From a virus, in IMG/VR virus record IMGVR_UViG_3300022745_000018, positions 107,910 to 171,909 of that record: a stretch of 64,000 nucleotides of DNA; one strand, 5' to 3'. Of the stretch, positions 49,095 through 59,724 are shown in pieces. Each line of letters begins with the position of its first letter. Within the stretch, counting starts at the first letter, position 1. The position numbers and the translations under genes are program-made. Below the pieces are notes generated by a model that ran no database searches, had not been told where the DNA came from, and worked only from the letters and a program-made list of their open reading frames with translations.

Positions 49095-49878
49095 TATTCA
49101 GCTCCTTGAGTTTGGATTCGATGGCGCGGAATGCCACCGGCACATTTGGCGGCTTCAGGTGATACCTGTCAGCAACTTCTTTCATTTCGTCAGTTGTCAG
49201 CCCAACCCACTCACGTTTAGGCGCTGGTTCGATACTCGTATCAAACGTGTAGGTCTTCTCAAAAATCTCGCGCCCAATTGGGTATTCTTCGCCAGAGACG
49301 CCTCGCATGATTAAGTCATCCGGCTTCACTGGTGTAATACCCTCTCTGGTTGAAACGTGTTTTTCACCCTCGCGCTGGTTTCTTACGTGGACAACCACTG
49401 GCAACTTCATGCACGGAGTCCATTCGCTTCCAAGTTGGGTGCATTTTGGCGCTGGTTCGCTGGCTTGCGCTTTGGCGATGGCTGCGCGGGCATGTTCCCA
49501 AGGTGAAAGTTCAACCTCGCCACACCACTGCATCTCTCCGCATTGCTGCGTATCATCGATCAGCCTTAACAACGCATCCAGCAACTCGTCCCGCTGCACC
49601 TCAAGTGCCTGCAGCTTCTTCGCCAATTCCTCGGCTTGTGAGTAAAACTGGCTCACGCCTTGGCCTTTGGCGCGCTCACTCGTCAAGGCTACAGCGGCTT
49701 TTGCACCAAGATCGAAGGCAATCCAACGGTGTCTAACTGCAATTGCGTTGAGTCTGTATTGTGGGTTGTTTTCAGACAATTCCAACAAACCAATGTCTGA
49801 TGGATATAGTTTAGCAAACGCGGCTCTAACCTGCGCATCAAAGTTCTCATCGGACTGTTTGGTTTGTTCTTCTTTCAT
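49081..49878 (-). CDS. Mosaic protein with a PGDYG-like domain
   Basis: KLPVVVH...STREG.....DDLIMRGVSGEEYPI...IFEKTY flanked by QRDELL..ARAAIAKA and REWVGLT..RAIESKLKELN modules. Confidence 0.6.
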   Translation of the reverse strand: MKEEQTKQSDENFDAQVRAAFAKLYPSDIGLLELSENNPQYRLNAIAVRHRWIAFDLGAKAAVALTSERAKGQGVSQFYSQAEELAKKLQALEVQRDELLDALLRLIDDTQQCGEMQWCGEVELSPWEHARAAIAKAQASEPAPKCTQLGSEWTPCMKLPVVVHVRNQREGEKHVSTREGITPVKPDDLIMRGVSGEEYPIGREIFEKTYTFDTSIEPAPKREWVGLTTDEMKEVADRYHLKPPNVPVAFRAIESKLKELNNADR

Positions 49879-50079
49879 TGTATGCTCTTGTGTAATTTTG
49901 TATTCAATTAGTGTGATGAATCTTCTTTGGGGATTTGTTTTTCAGCGAGCTTCCACAGATCATTGAAATCTTTGACTTGTCTACTTTCGATACCCATTCG
50001 CATAATACGTTCCACGATTCTACCGCGAGCACGTGCTCGCTCTTCGCTGAGACGTTTGACTGATTCTTCTTTCATTTCT

Positions 50080-51320
50080 TCACTCTAGTGTTGGTTTCGT
50101 ATTTCCGTGCCCGATATCAATCACTGTGTAAGTAAATGCACAGTGATTGATAGATAGGATCGCATCAGCGAACGATAGAACCGCTGCTCTTTGCACTGGT
50201 CCAATCTCAGACCATTCTTTTAGACGCTCGCATCCTTCGCTATTAAGTAACGTCAAGATATCCTTTTCGGATGCGGTTGATGATGGTCTTTTATGACATG
50301 AGTCATTCATACAACTTCTCCACGTCGATTCCAATCGGTTCACTGATTACTTCGTCAACAGACTTGAAGATATCTTCGAACATCCTATCACGAACCACGT
50401 ATGCGTCTTCGTAGCTCTCTGCTTCAATCTCTACACTAAATGAAACTGTGTAAATGGGCATATCATTCACTCCTTAATATCGAGGTATCTAGGGCTTGTC
50501 TAAGAGTACTAATGTTCATTGATATCACCAGTGAATGTGAATGCCGAAGTTTTGGTGTTGAGGACCGTTGCCATCTAAATCTTTGAGACCCATTGGGATG
50601 TATGGATCGCCGTATGGTTTGATCTCAGCACGATAACCCAAACCAAGTAATTTTTGAACAACTGCTTTCTGAAGAGGTTTAACCTCACCCTGAAAATGTC
50701 CAATGGTCCGGAAAGTACCTAAGTAAACAATGACGGAAAGCTTACCTTCTTTTGCTGCCGCAGTGACTTTGGGTTCGACTTCAGTCTTCAGAAAGACTTC
50801 TGATTGATGACCAGAATCATCATACAGTTTCTTTGCTTCTTGTGCAGTGATCATTTTGATTCTTGCTCCGCGTAGGGATGAACATACAGGGCTCTGATTT
50901 CGTACACAGGACGCCCATCATATTCAAATGAACGAATCTCTGCAAGCCGACTTTCAATGTTTGGATGATCACGTAATGTAACCGTCTTCCACCCAGAATC
51001 ACTCGATCTTACAAATTTTCTTGGTGTACGATTCAGACATCGATATTCATACTTTACTGGTTTTTGTCCCATGAACAATTCCCTAAAACGATGACTTTCG
51101 ACCGACGGCTATTCACGCACTGAGGCTGGTACATCATCCGCACCGCGTCACGTGCATCCGTTTCACATGAAAACTCCGTAGAATATGATCGAAACACACT
51201 CCAGAAGTCAGCTTCTTTAACCAAGTACATCCAATCAAAAAAGAAAAACGAAAACTTTCTAACATAGAACTTGTCTTTGTATGTAATGATGTGTGGTTTG
51301 AATGGATTGTAAAATTTCAT
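50080..51320 (-). CDS. Small hypothetical genes (50080..50343, 50525..50854, 50851..51078, 51054..51320)
   Basis: ORFs on the early strand. Confidence 0.55.
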
Positions 51321-51730
51321 TTCTGATCTCCGGACATTGCTTTAAAAGCCACCAAGTAAGCTTCGGCCCCTTCTTTTGTAGCATGGATGAAACCAAGTTG
51401 TAGGAGCCAATGAAGATTCAGGTTTTTGTCGGTTGCACTGCGAATAGATACGATATCTGAAATGAAGACTTGCACGATAAACATGTCTTCGCCGACTAAT
51501 GGCCATTCTTTCAATGGCTCTGGGTACTCGTAGTTGACATCATTGACTGTCACTTTGATCGTCTTTGGTTTGCGACGATAAGAGATATCATCCTCCCACT
51601 CTGGCTGTGACGCTAATTGAATCCATCCAACACCGCGTAGATACCATTCCCATCGTTTCCAGGGTTCGCTAGTCTCTAATGCATCTTCTGCATAGAGACG
51701 CATATTTTCTGCATGTACATGAGCTGGCAT
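51317..51730 (-). CDS. Hypothetical protein, paralog family AHVHAENMRLYAEDA
   Basis: Near-identical N-terminus to 61836..62246. Confidence 0.75.
   Translation of the reverse strand: MPAHVHAENMRLYAEDALETSEPWKRWEWYLRGVGWIQLASQPEWEDDISYRRKPKTIKVTVNDVNYEYPEPLKEWPLVGEDMFIVQVFISDIVSIRSATDKNLNLHWLLQLGFIHATKEGAEAYLVAFKAMSGDQK
51648..51727. repeat. ~80-bp near-identical direct repeat, copy 1 (copy 2 at ~62164-62243)
   Basis: CCATCGTTTCCAGGGTTCGCT...GCATCTTCTGCATAGAGACGCATATTTTCTGCATGTACATGAGCTG present in both. Confidence 0.9.
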
Positions 51731-51759
51731 TTTCGAACCTTCCGTTTAATTATGAATTG

Positions 51760-51786
51760 ATTGTACATTCTATTTGAATTTGTGGT
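51760..51786 (-). promoter_or_regulatory. Class B promoter cassette
   Basis: ACCACA-N15-TACAAT. Confidence 0.65.
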
Positions 51787-52135
51787 TGATTGAATGTGTC
51801 CAAATTGCAGCTGCTACTCTAACAATCGCAAAACGTGTCGCTGCTTCTTTATCTCCATCATGTTTCAAAACACACTCTTCGAATCGGCACGATTCATTGT
51901 ATGGGTAGAACCTAACAACTGCGGTTGGTTCCGCATCTGGGAAGAAGACGTGGAGACCTAATTTTGCAGCCAAACAGAATGCATCGTGGTTGCTTCTGAC
52001 GGGATCCCACGTGTAAGTTCGCATTGGGTTTTCCCAAGCGGCTAACCCTAGAGAACCATCATAGTCTTCGGTTGGTTTGATGTAAGGTAATCCAATTGCC
52101 TGTGCTGCAAATTCAAGAAGTTCTATAATGTTCAT
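51770..52135 (-). CDS. Hypothetical protein (W.P....DA..L...ATR.AIVR.AA family)
   Basis: Paralog of 61248..61590. Confidence 0.7.
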   Translation of the reverse strand: MNIIELLEFAAQAIGLPYIKPTEDYDGSLGLAAWENPMRTYTWDPVRSNHDAFCLAAKLGLHVFFPDAEPTAVVRFYPYNESCRFEECVLKHDGDKEAATRFAIVRVAAAIWTHSINHKFK

Positions 52136-52248
52136 TCTATATCCTCGTGCTATGTTTAAAGAAGTTGAATTTCCTGTAAGCCAATGAATAACCGATCAAA
52201 AAGCCAATGCCTACTCCAGTGCAATAGACGAGAACGGTCCAAATCAGA

Positions 52249-52913
52249 TTAGCGATCATGTGCTTCACTTATCTGTGTATCGTTCGTTTGATTCATCATT
52301 TTAGAAATTTGCTCTATCCATGCACCGTTGCATGCAGCTTGAATAGCACGAAGATCTGCAGTTGACACATAACCATATCCCTCAATGAATGACGATCCTT
52401 GATCTGGTCTATCCTTTGGGTTCGTTAATTCGACTGGTTTCATTTGTCAACACGTTCGATGTAATCGAAATCGATTGTCTTGAATTTACACCAGACAGTC
52501 CCCGGATCCTCTTCAAGAACGAACACATGGTAACAAACATCTATACCAACATGACCCTTATAGATGAGCGGTTTCGGGAAATATTTCCAACGATAGACAC
52601 CACCCACTTCAAGTTCAGTTTCTTTTTCTGGAATGATGACGATGTTGGCTTTGAGGATTTCACCAAGAAGCTGGACCGCCTGCGATTGGGTGCACTTAAG
52701 CTGTCTGCCATCATACTTGAATCCGAGTTGCGTGCAACGATCCCACCAAGTCCTTCCAGATATTTCTTTGTCGATAGCAATGTCCAGAGACTCAAGTGCT
52801 TCACAGACCAATTCGTATGGATTCCGTTCATTTGAGCGATACCCGAAAGTATTGCCGAAAGCTTTCATGCGGGCGAGAGCCGATCGCCACTTAATCATTT
52901 CAGTGATGTTCAT
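52249..52913 (-). CDS. Two hypothetical genes (52249..52443, 52440..52913)
   Basis: Coupled ORFs. Confidence 0.55.
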
Positions 52914-53209
52914 TTCGTTTCCTTGATGGCTTTGTACGTGATTCCATTGATCGTGACTTTATTTTCAACCGGATCATTTGAAGACGATGTTACTGACATT
53001 TGCCTACCATCCACCACAGCAGTGGTACTATTCGGACATCTAGCAATAGTCATGCCAGTTCCGCTGGAATTCGTCAGCCTATAAAATTTGCAATCTTTCA
53101 GCTCTATTGGAACCATCGGGAAATTGATCTGCGTGTATGAAGCGTCACTGCATCCAGCCATCACAACACCGATAATCGCAAACACTCCAAGTGTAACTTG
53201 ACGAATCAT
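52910..53209 (-). CDS. Putative lipoprotein
   Basis: VMAGC lipobox; P.ELKDCKFY.L...RCPNSTT motif. Confidence 0.7.
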   Translation of the reverse strand: MIRQVTLGVFAIIGVVMAGCSDASYTQINFPMVPIELKDCKFYRLTNSSGTGMTIARCPNSTTAVVDGRQMSVTSSSNDPVENKVTINGITYKAIKETK

Positions 53210-53222
53210 GATATTTTACCTT

Positions 53223-53768
53223 TCATGGTTTGGATTTTACAACACTATGCATGATGTGGTTGTTTAGTTGAGCTTCGATGGCTGTATCAATGAACTGGCA
53301 TTCAAATTCATTTAAGAATCGAATTTGACAACCATCTTCAGTTGACAATTCCCACAATGGAGGTATGTTTGGGAAGACGTGTTTCTTACGAACGCGTCGC
53401 CAATCTGGTAATTTGAATTCAGTGATTGGTTTTGGAATTCCGACATCAACTGCGAATCCACCAAGGTTTGCTGCCCATTCGTCAATGGCGATTCTAAATG
53501 CAGCCATCGCCACATCTCGTTTGGTGTCACTGGAGAACACCATCGAACCAGATCTAGATTCTTCTTGGTATTTTGCACCAAGCAACCACAACCGTTCGGT
53601 TTGGATGTCCATCCGCGATCTTGAGATTACCTCATACCCATTACTTGCAGTGAACTTGAAATAGTCACCGTCGTCTTCACCTCTAAAAATCGTGTTTGGA
53701 GATTGCCAGATGATATCAAATGTCAATCGACGAGTGGTTGGTATCAGTCTATATTCTAAGAGTTTCAT
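53223..53768 (-). CDS. Hypothetical protein
   Basis: 181-aa ORF. Confidence 0.65.
   Translation of the reverse strand: MKLLEYRLIPTTRRLTFDIIWQSPNTIFRGEDDGDYFKFTASNGYEVISRSRMDIQTERLWLLGAKYQEESRSGSMVFSSDTKRDVAMAAFRIAIDEWAANLGGFAVDVGIPKPITEFKLPDWRRVRKKHVFPNIPPLWELSTEDGCQIRFLNEFECQFIDTAIEAQLNNHIMHSVVKSKP
53234..53260 (-). promoter_or_regulatory. Class B promoter cassette (inside the 3' end of the upstream gene)
   Basis: ACCACA-N15-TAAAAT. Confidence 0.7.
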
Positions 53769-53891
53769 TTTCGATCACATCTGTCCCACACCAAAGCTTG
53801 TGTGTACGCATCTCCAGGTTCAGGTTGCTTGGAGCATGACAGCATATTACACCACTTAGCAAATTGAAATTGCATAGTCAAACCTCCCCAA

Positions 53892-54215
53892 TCATTCGTA
53901 CTCAATCACTGCGGTTGATGGTGTGTATGTGATGGACTTGATCTTGACTTGAACATTCCCATTACATAATTCCGCAAATCTCATTGGTGTAACTGAAGCA
54001 TATGCACCGAACTGTGGGTAAATAGATCGCATATCACCAATAGAACACAAACCATCTCTATAGGAACATGAGCATGATTTTCCAGTGACGGTGACAGCGT
54101 AGTACTCGGATGTTGGTGATTTCGACCCATTCATTAAAACGGCATACGCTATTACACTTGAGAAGCAAGATGAACATGCTAATGCAAACAAAAACCCGAT
54201 TAAAATTTTTCTCAT
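53892..54215 (-). CDS. Secreted or lipoprotein-like Cys-rich protein
   Basis: MRKILIGFLFALAC signal sequence. Confidence 0.55.
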   Translation of the reverse strand: MRKILIGFLFALACSSCFSSVIAYAVLMNGSKSPTSEYYAVTVTGKSCSCSYRDGLCSIGDMRSIYPQFGAYASVTPMRFAELCNGNVQVKIKSITYTPSTAVIEYE

Positions 54216-54367
54216 CGAAACAATCCTACATCAAGCAGAGCTGCATGAAGTGATAATTAGACAGACAGCAACGAAGCCCCAACCTGAACCATCTTTACCC
54301 TTGATGTGCATCCATACGCTAAGGGTGGCTAAAGCAACACCCATTGCACCAGTGACGATGGCTTTTG

Positions 54368-54706
54368 TCATTTCTTACCTTTCTTACTTTTGCGCCCTTC
54401 GGCACCATAGAAACAATATTCAATCATATTCAGAATGAACCTATTGGCTTTTATCAATTGAGATTCCGTGTAGACATCATAACATCCGTCATCGGAAGCT
54501 GCACCCAAGTCTATGAAACCATCACGAGCTAAAGGATAATAGATATCGTATTCCCATCCAGAATCACCGAATGGACGTTTTCCAGAAAAGCCTTCACCTT
54601 CAATCCAAAGAGTCTTTAGCAGATCATGCAAATAATCGCGAATCGTTGATTTAGATCCGATTTCTACATTCAGAGCATCTTCATATGACTTGTGTTCTGG
54701 TTTCAT
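54368..54706 (-). CDS. Conserved phage hypothetical protein
   Basis: TIRDYL..LL.TLW.EGEGFSGKRPFGDSGWEYDIY motif. Confidence 0.75.
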   Translation of the reverse strand: MKPEHKSYEDALNVEIGSKSTIRDYLHDLLKTLWIEGEGFSGKRPFGDSGWEYDIYYPLARDGFIDLGAASDDGCYDVYTESQLIKANRFILNMIEYCFYGAEGRKSKKGKK

Positions 54707-54972
54707 TTGCCGCTTTCATCGACAGTTGTGATACGAACGTGACGTGTACATCCTTTACCGCAACTTTCTGTGTGTTGAGTTTCGGTCACTGCTTGTTTCT
54801 GACAACGTACCCAATGAACATATGATCCATCAGTTGTTCTAGTCAAGAACACTGTACAGTCTTCATGTTTAGCTACAACACTTGTTGGTGCACTTTCGGT
54901 GGTATATGTAGTACCACGACCACAAGCAGTCACTAACAAAATCAACGGAATGACAACTAACAGTTTCTTCAT
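54703..54972 (-). CDS. Putative lipoprotein
   Basis: LLVTAC lipobox, C-terminal SCGKGC. Confidence 0.7.
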   Translation of the reverse strand: MKKLLVVIPLILLVTACGRGTTYTTESAPTSVVAKHEDCTVFLTRTTDGSYVHWVRCQKQAVTETQHTESCGKGCTRHVRITTVDESGK

Positions 54973-56994
54973 GTTCTTCCTTTCAAATCATCTAGGTGAA
55001 TCCCGTATAACCGAGCGATGGGTTCTCGGAGAGCCGATTTAAGCATAAACAATTCATGCTCAAGAGATGCAATACGAGCATCCTTCTCAGTCAAACCTTC
55101 GTCAATCATTGTTAGAACGGCGCTGTATGTTCCGTCATCCATGTATGAAAGATCACCCGCCCCGCTAACAGAGTATCCGATCAATTGACATAGCTGGAGC
55201 CAATCATCGATATGTTCGCGTTCAAAGTATTTTCCAGCCAATTCGTTTAGACCAAATCCATGTTTCTGACCATGTTCCAATAGAGCAGCAACCAAGATAT
55301 TGCTTTTGAACCTGAGAACCCCGTGCTTGTCTCTCACGACGGGTTGAATTGGGTTTCGTGGAACTGCAGGACGAACCTCGCAGTTTTCATCTTCTGTTGC
55401 CATAATCTTTTCTCTCAATGATTTCATAAATGTACTTAGAATGCTGTTTCTTAATCAGACGATAGATACAATGTACTCACGAATCAAGATGATTCTAGAG
55501 AGCATCCAACATCCCTATCACCATTATGTTCCGATACCAAAACTTCGACTGCCGCCAACATCTCCAATTCTGTTTTTGGTAACCGAACTTTAGTGATGTG
55601 GTACAGAGCCCATCTATCAAACTCTTCATACGTATCACCACATTCCAACATCTCAAAGCAATTCACTCGCCACATTCTACCATGACCACGAAGATAGAAC
55701 CATGCATCTTTTTGACGAGTATCTTGACCCCGAGGGTGCGGTTTGAGTTTCGCCTTTCGACACCAATGTTTCCAAGACTTTGGTAGTTTCACTTCACTTT
55801 CCATCTTGATTTCCCTTTAGTGGGTATTTGAACTGACGCAGTTCAATGTTTGCCTTTTCGAGATCATTCATGAGTTCTCGGTTTAGATCTTGAGAGTTCT
55901 TCAACCGAAGCTCAAGACTATGAACTTGCAACTGCAATTGAGCATAGAACACCTCATCTCCGGCTTCGTATTTGCTACTCACTTCAGACTCCGCAGAACT
56001 TGGAGAAATTCGTCGTATCGCTTTTCAGCAGCGATCTCTTCCTCAGTCGCCTCACGCCCCAGATCCCAATCACCGCCGTTGTGACCACCATAATAGTGGA
56101 TTCGCCAACACCCATCGAATCCGTCAATGTAAGAATCCCAACAGAACGGACGAGGATTCTTCTCTTTATAGAGTTTCAGAACCGCATCAATCAATTCAGA
56201 ATTGGAAACTTCAACGGTGACGGATTCTTTTCTAGTTGCTGCAATTAGCATGCTTCTGTTCCTTTGTCGCTTAACCAATCAATGATTCGATCGTGCAGAG
56301 AAGTCGGTAGATTTCTGCATTCATTTTGCGTATGGAATAACACTTCTTCTCCACCTGTGCGGAAAGTGATTGCGAAACATGTCCACGTTCGGGTGTCAAT
56401 ATGAGGATCAATGTACTTCACATGACGGCCGTGTGTATTGTTGCAAAAAGAATGGTGCTTCTTGATGTGATTCAGTAGAGAAGGCAGTTCTACCATTGTC
56501 ATTGGTTTGCTCATGCCAATTCTCCAGCCTTTGCGATGATAACTCCACCTGCTACTAGAGGACGCATTCCAATGTTCATGCCAGGTATGAAATTGGTTAT
56601 CACGCGCTTCGGATCTTGGTAGGTGATAGCGTCTGAGTGGTTGTCGCGGATATGCTTGTGCATACTGGTTAGCGTTTTTGTTGTGTAGGTATGACCTTCA
56701 GTAATAACTTTTCCAGTATGCACACCCTTGCGTTTCTTGATGCTTTGACTCCAGACGGTGACGTATGTACTCATTTTGTTTTCTCCATTACAATCCAAGC
56801 ATGCGCTGAGACTGTTCCTCAGCTTCTTTCCAATTCGCTACCCATTTGAATGGAAGAGTTTCCATTCGATAAGCAACGACTTCACCTTTGTACCCGATAG
56901 CGAAAGTGAAATTCCGCTCCTTGTTGTCACGCGTAACTTTCACCCAATCGCCGTTTTGGCTGCGGAATGTTTTGTCGGTGAATCTGGTTGTCAT
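54969..56994 (-). CDS. Run of small hypothetical genes (54969..55427, 55484..55804, 55794..55982, 55979..56251, 56245..56514, 56511..56798, 56788..56994)
   Basis: Coupled ORFs on the early strand. Confidence 0.6.
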
Positions 56995-56998
56995 GATG

Positions 56999-57055
56999 TA
57001 GCTCCAGTTTGTATGTCGATGGTTGAATTTTATCTGAAGTTAGATCATGTGGTTA
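56999..57055 (-). repeat. Promoter-leader-RBS direct repeat, copy 1 (class B promoter at 57027-57053)
   Basis: TAGCTCCAGTTTGT(A/T)TGTCGATGGTTGAATTTTATCTG..TAGATCATGT.GTT repeated at 57481-57537. Confidence 0.9.
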
Positions 57056-57062
57056 TTTGTAT

Positions 57063-57476
57063 TCAGAAAGAAGGATCGAAGTATTGGTCACGTTCACCAA
57101 TGCGAACACCCTTAGCAATCTTAGAAACTTTCCAGCGACCAGTTTCTGTACTGATGTAACCCTGAACCCATTCTTCATTTTTGCGATTGTATCTGAAGAT
57201 GTAGACACGACCATCTGGATCGGGTGTGTATTCGTACTCAGCGGAACCATCGTGCTGAGAACCAGCAATTACCTTTACGTCATCTTCTCTGATGACGATT
57301 TCATACAACCAAACTTTGCTACCACCGATCTCGATGACTTTGGTGATCGTTCCTGCATAGCGATCTGACCAAGACAGAACAGTAGCACCCATGCCAACTG
57401 TTGGTTTTGGTTGATCGATCGTCATACGGCTGTAGAGGTGATTGATGACGCTTCCTGTTTGAATTCCGAGTTTCAT
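57063..57476 (-). CDS. Conserved phage early protein flanked by repeated promoter cassettes
   Basis: TGSVINHL...P.VGMGAT...WSDR...YFDPSF. Confidence 0.75.
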   Translation of the reverse strand: MKLGIQTGSVINHLYSRMTIDQPKPTVGMGATVLSWSDRYAGTITKVIEIGGSKVWLYEIVIREDDVKVIAGSQHDGSAEYEYTPDPDGRVYIFRYNRKNEEWVQGYISTETGRWKVSKIAKGVRIGERDQYFDPSF

Positions 57477-57480
57477 TTTG

Positions 57481-57537
57481 TAGCTCCAGTTTGTTTGTCG
57501 ATGGTTGAATTTTATCTGGAGCTAGATCATGTAGTTG
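57481..57537 (-). repeat. Promoter-leader-RBS direct repeat, copy 2 (class B promoter at 57509-57535)
   Basis: ACTACA-N15-TAAAAT + TCAACCATCGACAAACAAACTGGAGCTA. Confidence 0.9.
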
Positions 57538-57549
57538 TTTCACCAATAC

Positions 57550-58017
57550 TCAGATCTTTAGATTAAGAGTTGGTTCGCAGGAGGTCTTTGATAATTCAAC
57601 ATGCGCACATCTTGTAGAATGATTACCAACGATAGACAAATTGTATAACGGAGGCATCTGTCGTCCAGCGTTAAGGATCACTACGGAATCTCTTCCATCA
57701 ACATGCATCTTAGAACCGTCAAATGAACAGCTATGAATAATACCAGTCTTGGGGATATCGAAGTTGGCGTACCCAGTCACGTCGACATAACTAACTTCAG
57801 ATTCATCACCTAGTAGGAAGATGGTTGGTTTGTCCAATCGTTCTCTAGAGAATGTCTTGAAGTCAGGTACTCTAACGATATAGAACCCACCACGATCTTC
57901 AATCCAATCCTTATGAGTCTTAGCGATTGCAATTTCTGGCTCAATGAATTTACCGATTGCCACGCCACCAATCAGCATAGTGGCGATCTGTAGGAATCCT
58001 CGTCTAGCGATATTCAT
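57550..58017 (-). CDS. Protein with twin-arginine (Tat)-like signal peptide
   Basis: MNIARRGFLQ followed by hydrophobic IATMLIGGVAIG. Confidence 0.6.
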   Translation of the reverse strand: MNIARRGFLQIATMLIGGVAIGKFIEPEIAIAKTHKDWIEDRGGFYIVRVPDFKTFSRERLDKPTIFLLGDESEVSYVDVTGYANFDIPKTGIIHSCSFDGSKMHVDGRDSVVILNAGRQMPPLYNLSIVGNHSTRCAHVELSKTSCEPTLNLKI

Positions 58018-58552
58018 TCTGACACCAACTCAGTTACTTGGAAGATTCGCCATTCTTTTGATGAGTCATATTTTCGAGCATATCCCAGATATCGTTTGGC
58101 GTCTTCTAATGTACCGCGATGGACGACACCAAAGTAATTATAGAACCCAACAGCTGCGGAATCCTTCCAGCGTGGCCTATTGCATAGTTGAATTTCTCTA
58201 TCATCGTGCATCTCAATAATAGTTAGGACATGCTTCACATGGTTGCATTGGTTGTGTCATTACACATTCAACGCATGACAACCAAAATACTTTACTTTGC
58301 ATATCCGATCTCCACATCGCGTTTCATTGGCCGCAGTTTTTCTAAGTAGTACTGTGGTAGGAATCTACGACGACCAGCGACTGACACTCGATACCCCGCA
58401 TCCATGATGCCGTTTGGTGTCCATCGGCGAGGAGAGAAGGTCAAGGGTTTCAGCAGACCACTGACCTTAATTGAATAGAGCTTCTGTTCTTTCAAATTCC
58501 AGAAATATCCTGGAAATTTCGTTGTGACAAATTCTTGAGGCAAGTGAATCAT
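58014..58552 (-). CDS. Two hypothetical genes (58014..58238, 58292..58552)
   Basis: ORFs on the early strand. Confidence 0.55.
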
Positions 58553-58896
58553 CAGTCAATCCTTTTGACGTAAACTTTGAGGTTTTTGCGTGTTGCTGTT
58601 TCGATCATGTTTTTAGTTCCTCTGGATTTACCGTCCCAGATGGCGACCAAACATTCGGCATTCTCCGCCATTGTAGAGTTTCGAATGTAGCCAGCTGACT
58701 TCCCATACAAATCCCATTGAGGTAGAAATGTGTCAACTTGGATATTTTTCGATTCTGCATAACGTTCACCTAGTGTATCGACTCCTCTAGCTCCACCAGA
58801 CACTACAGTAGTGACATCGAATCCAGATTCTTCAATTGCAGCTAGAACGACATCGTAATTGTTGATACCACGGCTGCCAGCAATGATTACTCTCAT
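58552..58896 (-). CDS. SLOG superfamily protein (YspA/DUF2493-like)
   Basis: VIIAGSR, VVSGGARGVD, GKSAG.IRN..M, WDGKSRGT.NMI. Confidence 0.88.
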   Translation of the reverse strand: MRVIIAGSRGINNYDVVLAAIEESGFDVTTVVSGGARGVDTLGERYAESKNIQVDTFLPQWDLYGKSAGYIRNSTMAENAECLVAIWDGKSRGTKNMIETATRKNLKVYVKRID

Positions 58897-59673
58897 TGCT
58901 CACCTTTCAACTCAGCTAGCTTTTTCTCTAACTTCTCAACCTCAGACTGCGCAAACTCATACTGATGTTTGTGATCATCTGCCAATTCTCTGTTCCACTT
59001 TAGGAATCGCTCGTATTTCACAATTTCCGCTTCTTTGATTGAATCTTCTGCATCAACAATCGAATACCCAATCAGCATTTTCTGATGCCAATCATCAGTG
59101 TAACCGCGGATGGCTACATATCTTTCTATTTCTAGAAATTCAATGCCGCTCAGCTCCACAAATGGACGAAGCCCATTGATATGCTTCTGAATCCCATTCA
59201 ACTCAGAAAGGAGACTGGGATCGATTGGTCGCGCCGCATCTAGATCTTCCTTAGCCTTCATCAGTTTATCGCGTAGTGGTGTCATCCACATTTCCTTCAA
59301 GTTTATGTAGTTCCACTTGGAGACTAGCGAGTTCGTTCAAGTTGTCTCTGTAGTTCTTCAGGATGTTGAAGATTACGTCTTCCCGTACAGTGATGAGACG
59401 TTTCAAAGTATCGATTCTCGCGGTTTTGAAGGGATCTTCTGCATCAATGACCGAGAAGTCAAGGAAAAGAATCCGCGACCATTTTGGATCATCTAATGAA
59501 GCAGTGATTTGTACTGAATCTGATAAGAACTCTACACCAGTGATACCAACGACTTTACCACAGGATCCGCTCAGCTCGGCAATTGTTTGCACCGTTGCAG
59601 GTTCTATTCCATGATGCCACAAAATAGCATCCTTTGCATTCATTAGCGCTTGACGTAGTGGTGTCATGATCAT
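58893..59673 (-). CDS. Tandem paralogous pair (58893..59300, 59266..59673)
   Basis: Both contain MTPLR..LM.AK, G(I/V)EFL and S(I/V)(V/I)DAED. Confidence 0.75.
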
Positions 59674-59692
59674 TCCTTGTATTGATGATTGA

Positions 59693-59719
59693 ATTTTACA
59701 ACACCACCAATCATGTAGT
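59693..59719 (-). promoter_or_regulatory. Class B promoter cassette
   Basis: ACTACA-N15-TAAAAT-TCA. Confidence 0.75.
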
Positions 59720-59724
59720 TGATA

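Noticed and set aside
56999-57537. Direct repeats as CRISPR, att sites or IS ends
   Set aside because: They are promoter-leader-RBS sequence, and no integrase or transposase is present in the window
58248-58285. Imperfect inverted repeat TTGGTT..GTCAT/ATGACAACCAA
   Set aside because: Single imperfect hairpin without a U-tract or second copy; not enough to call
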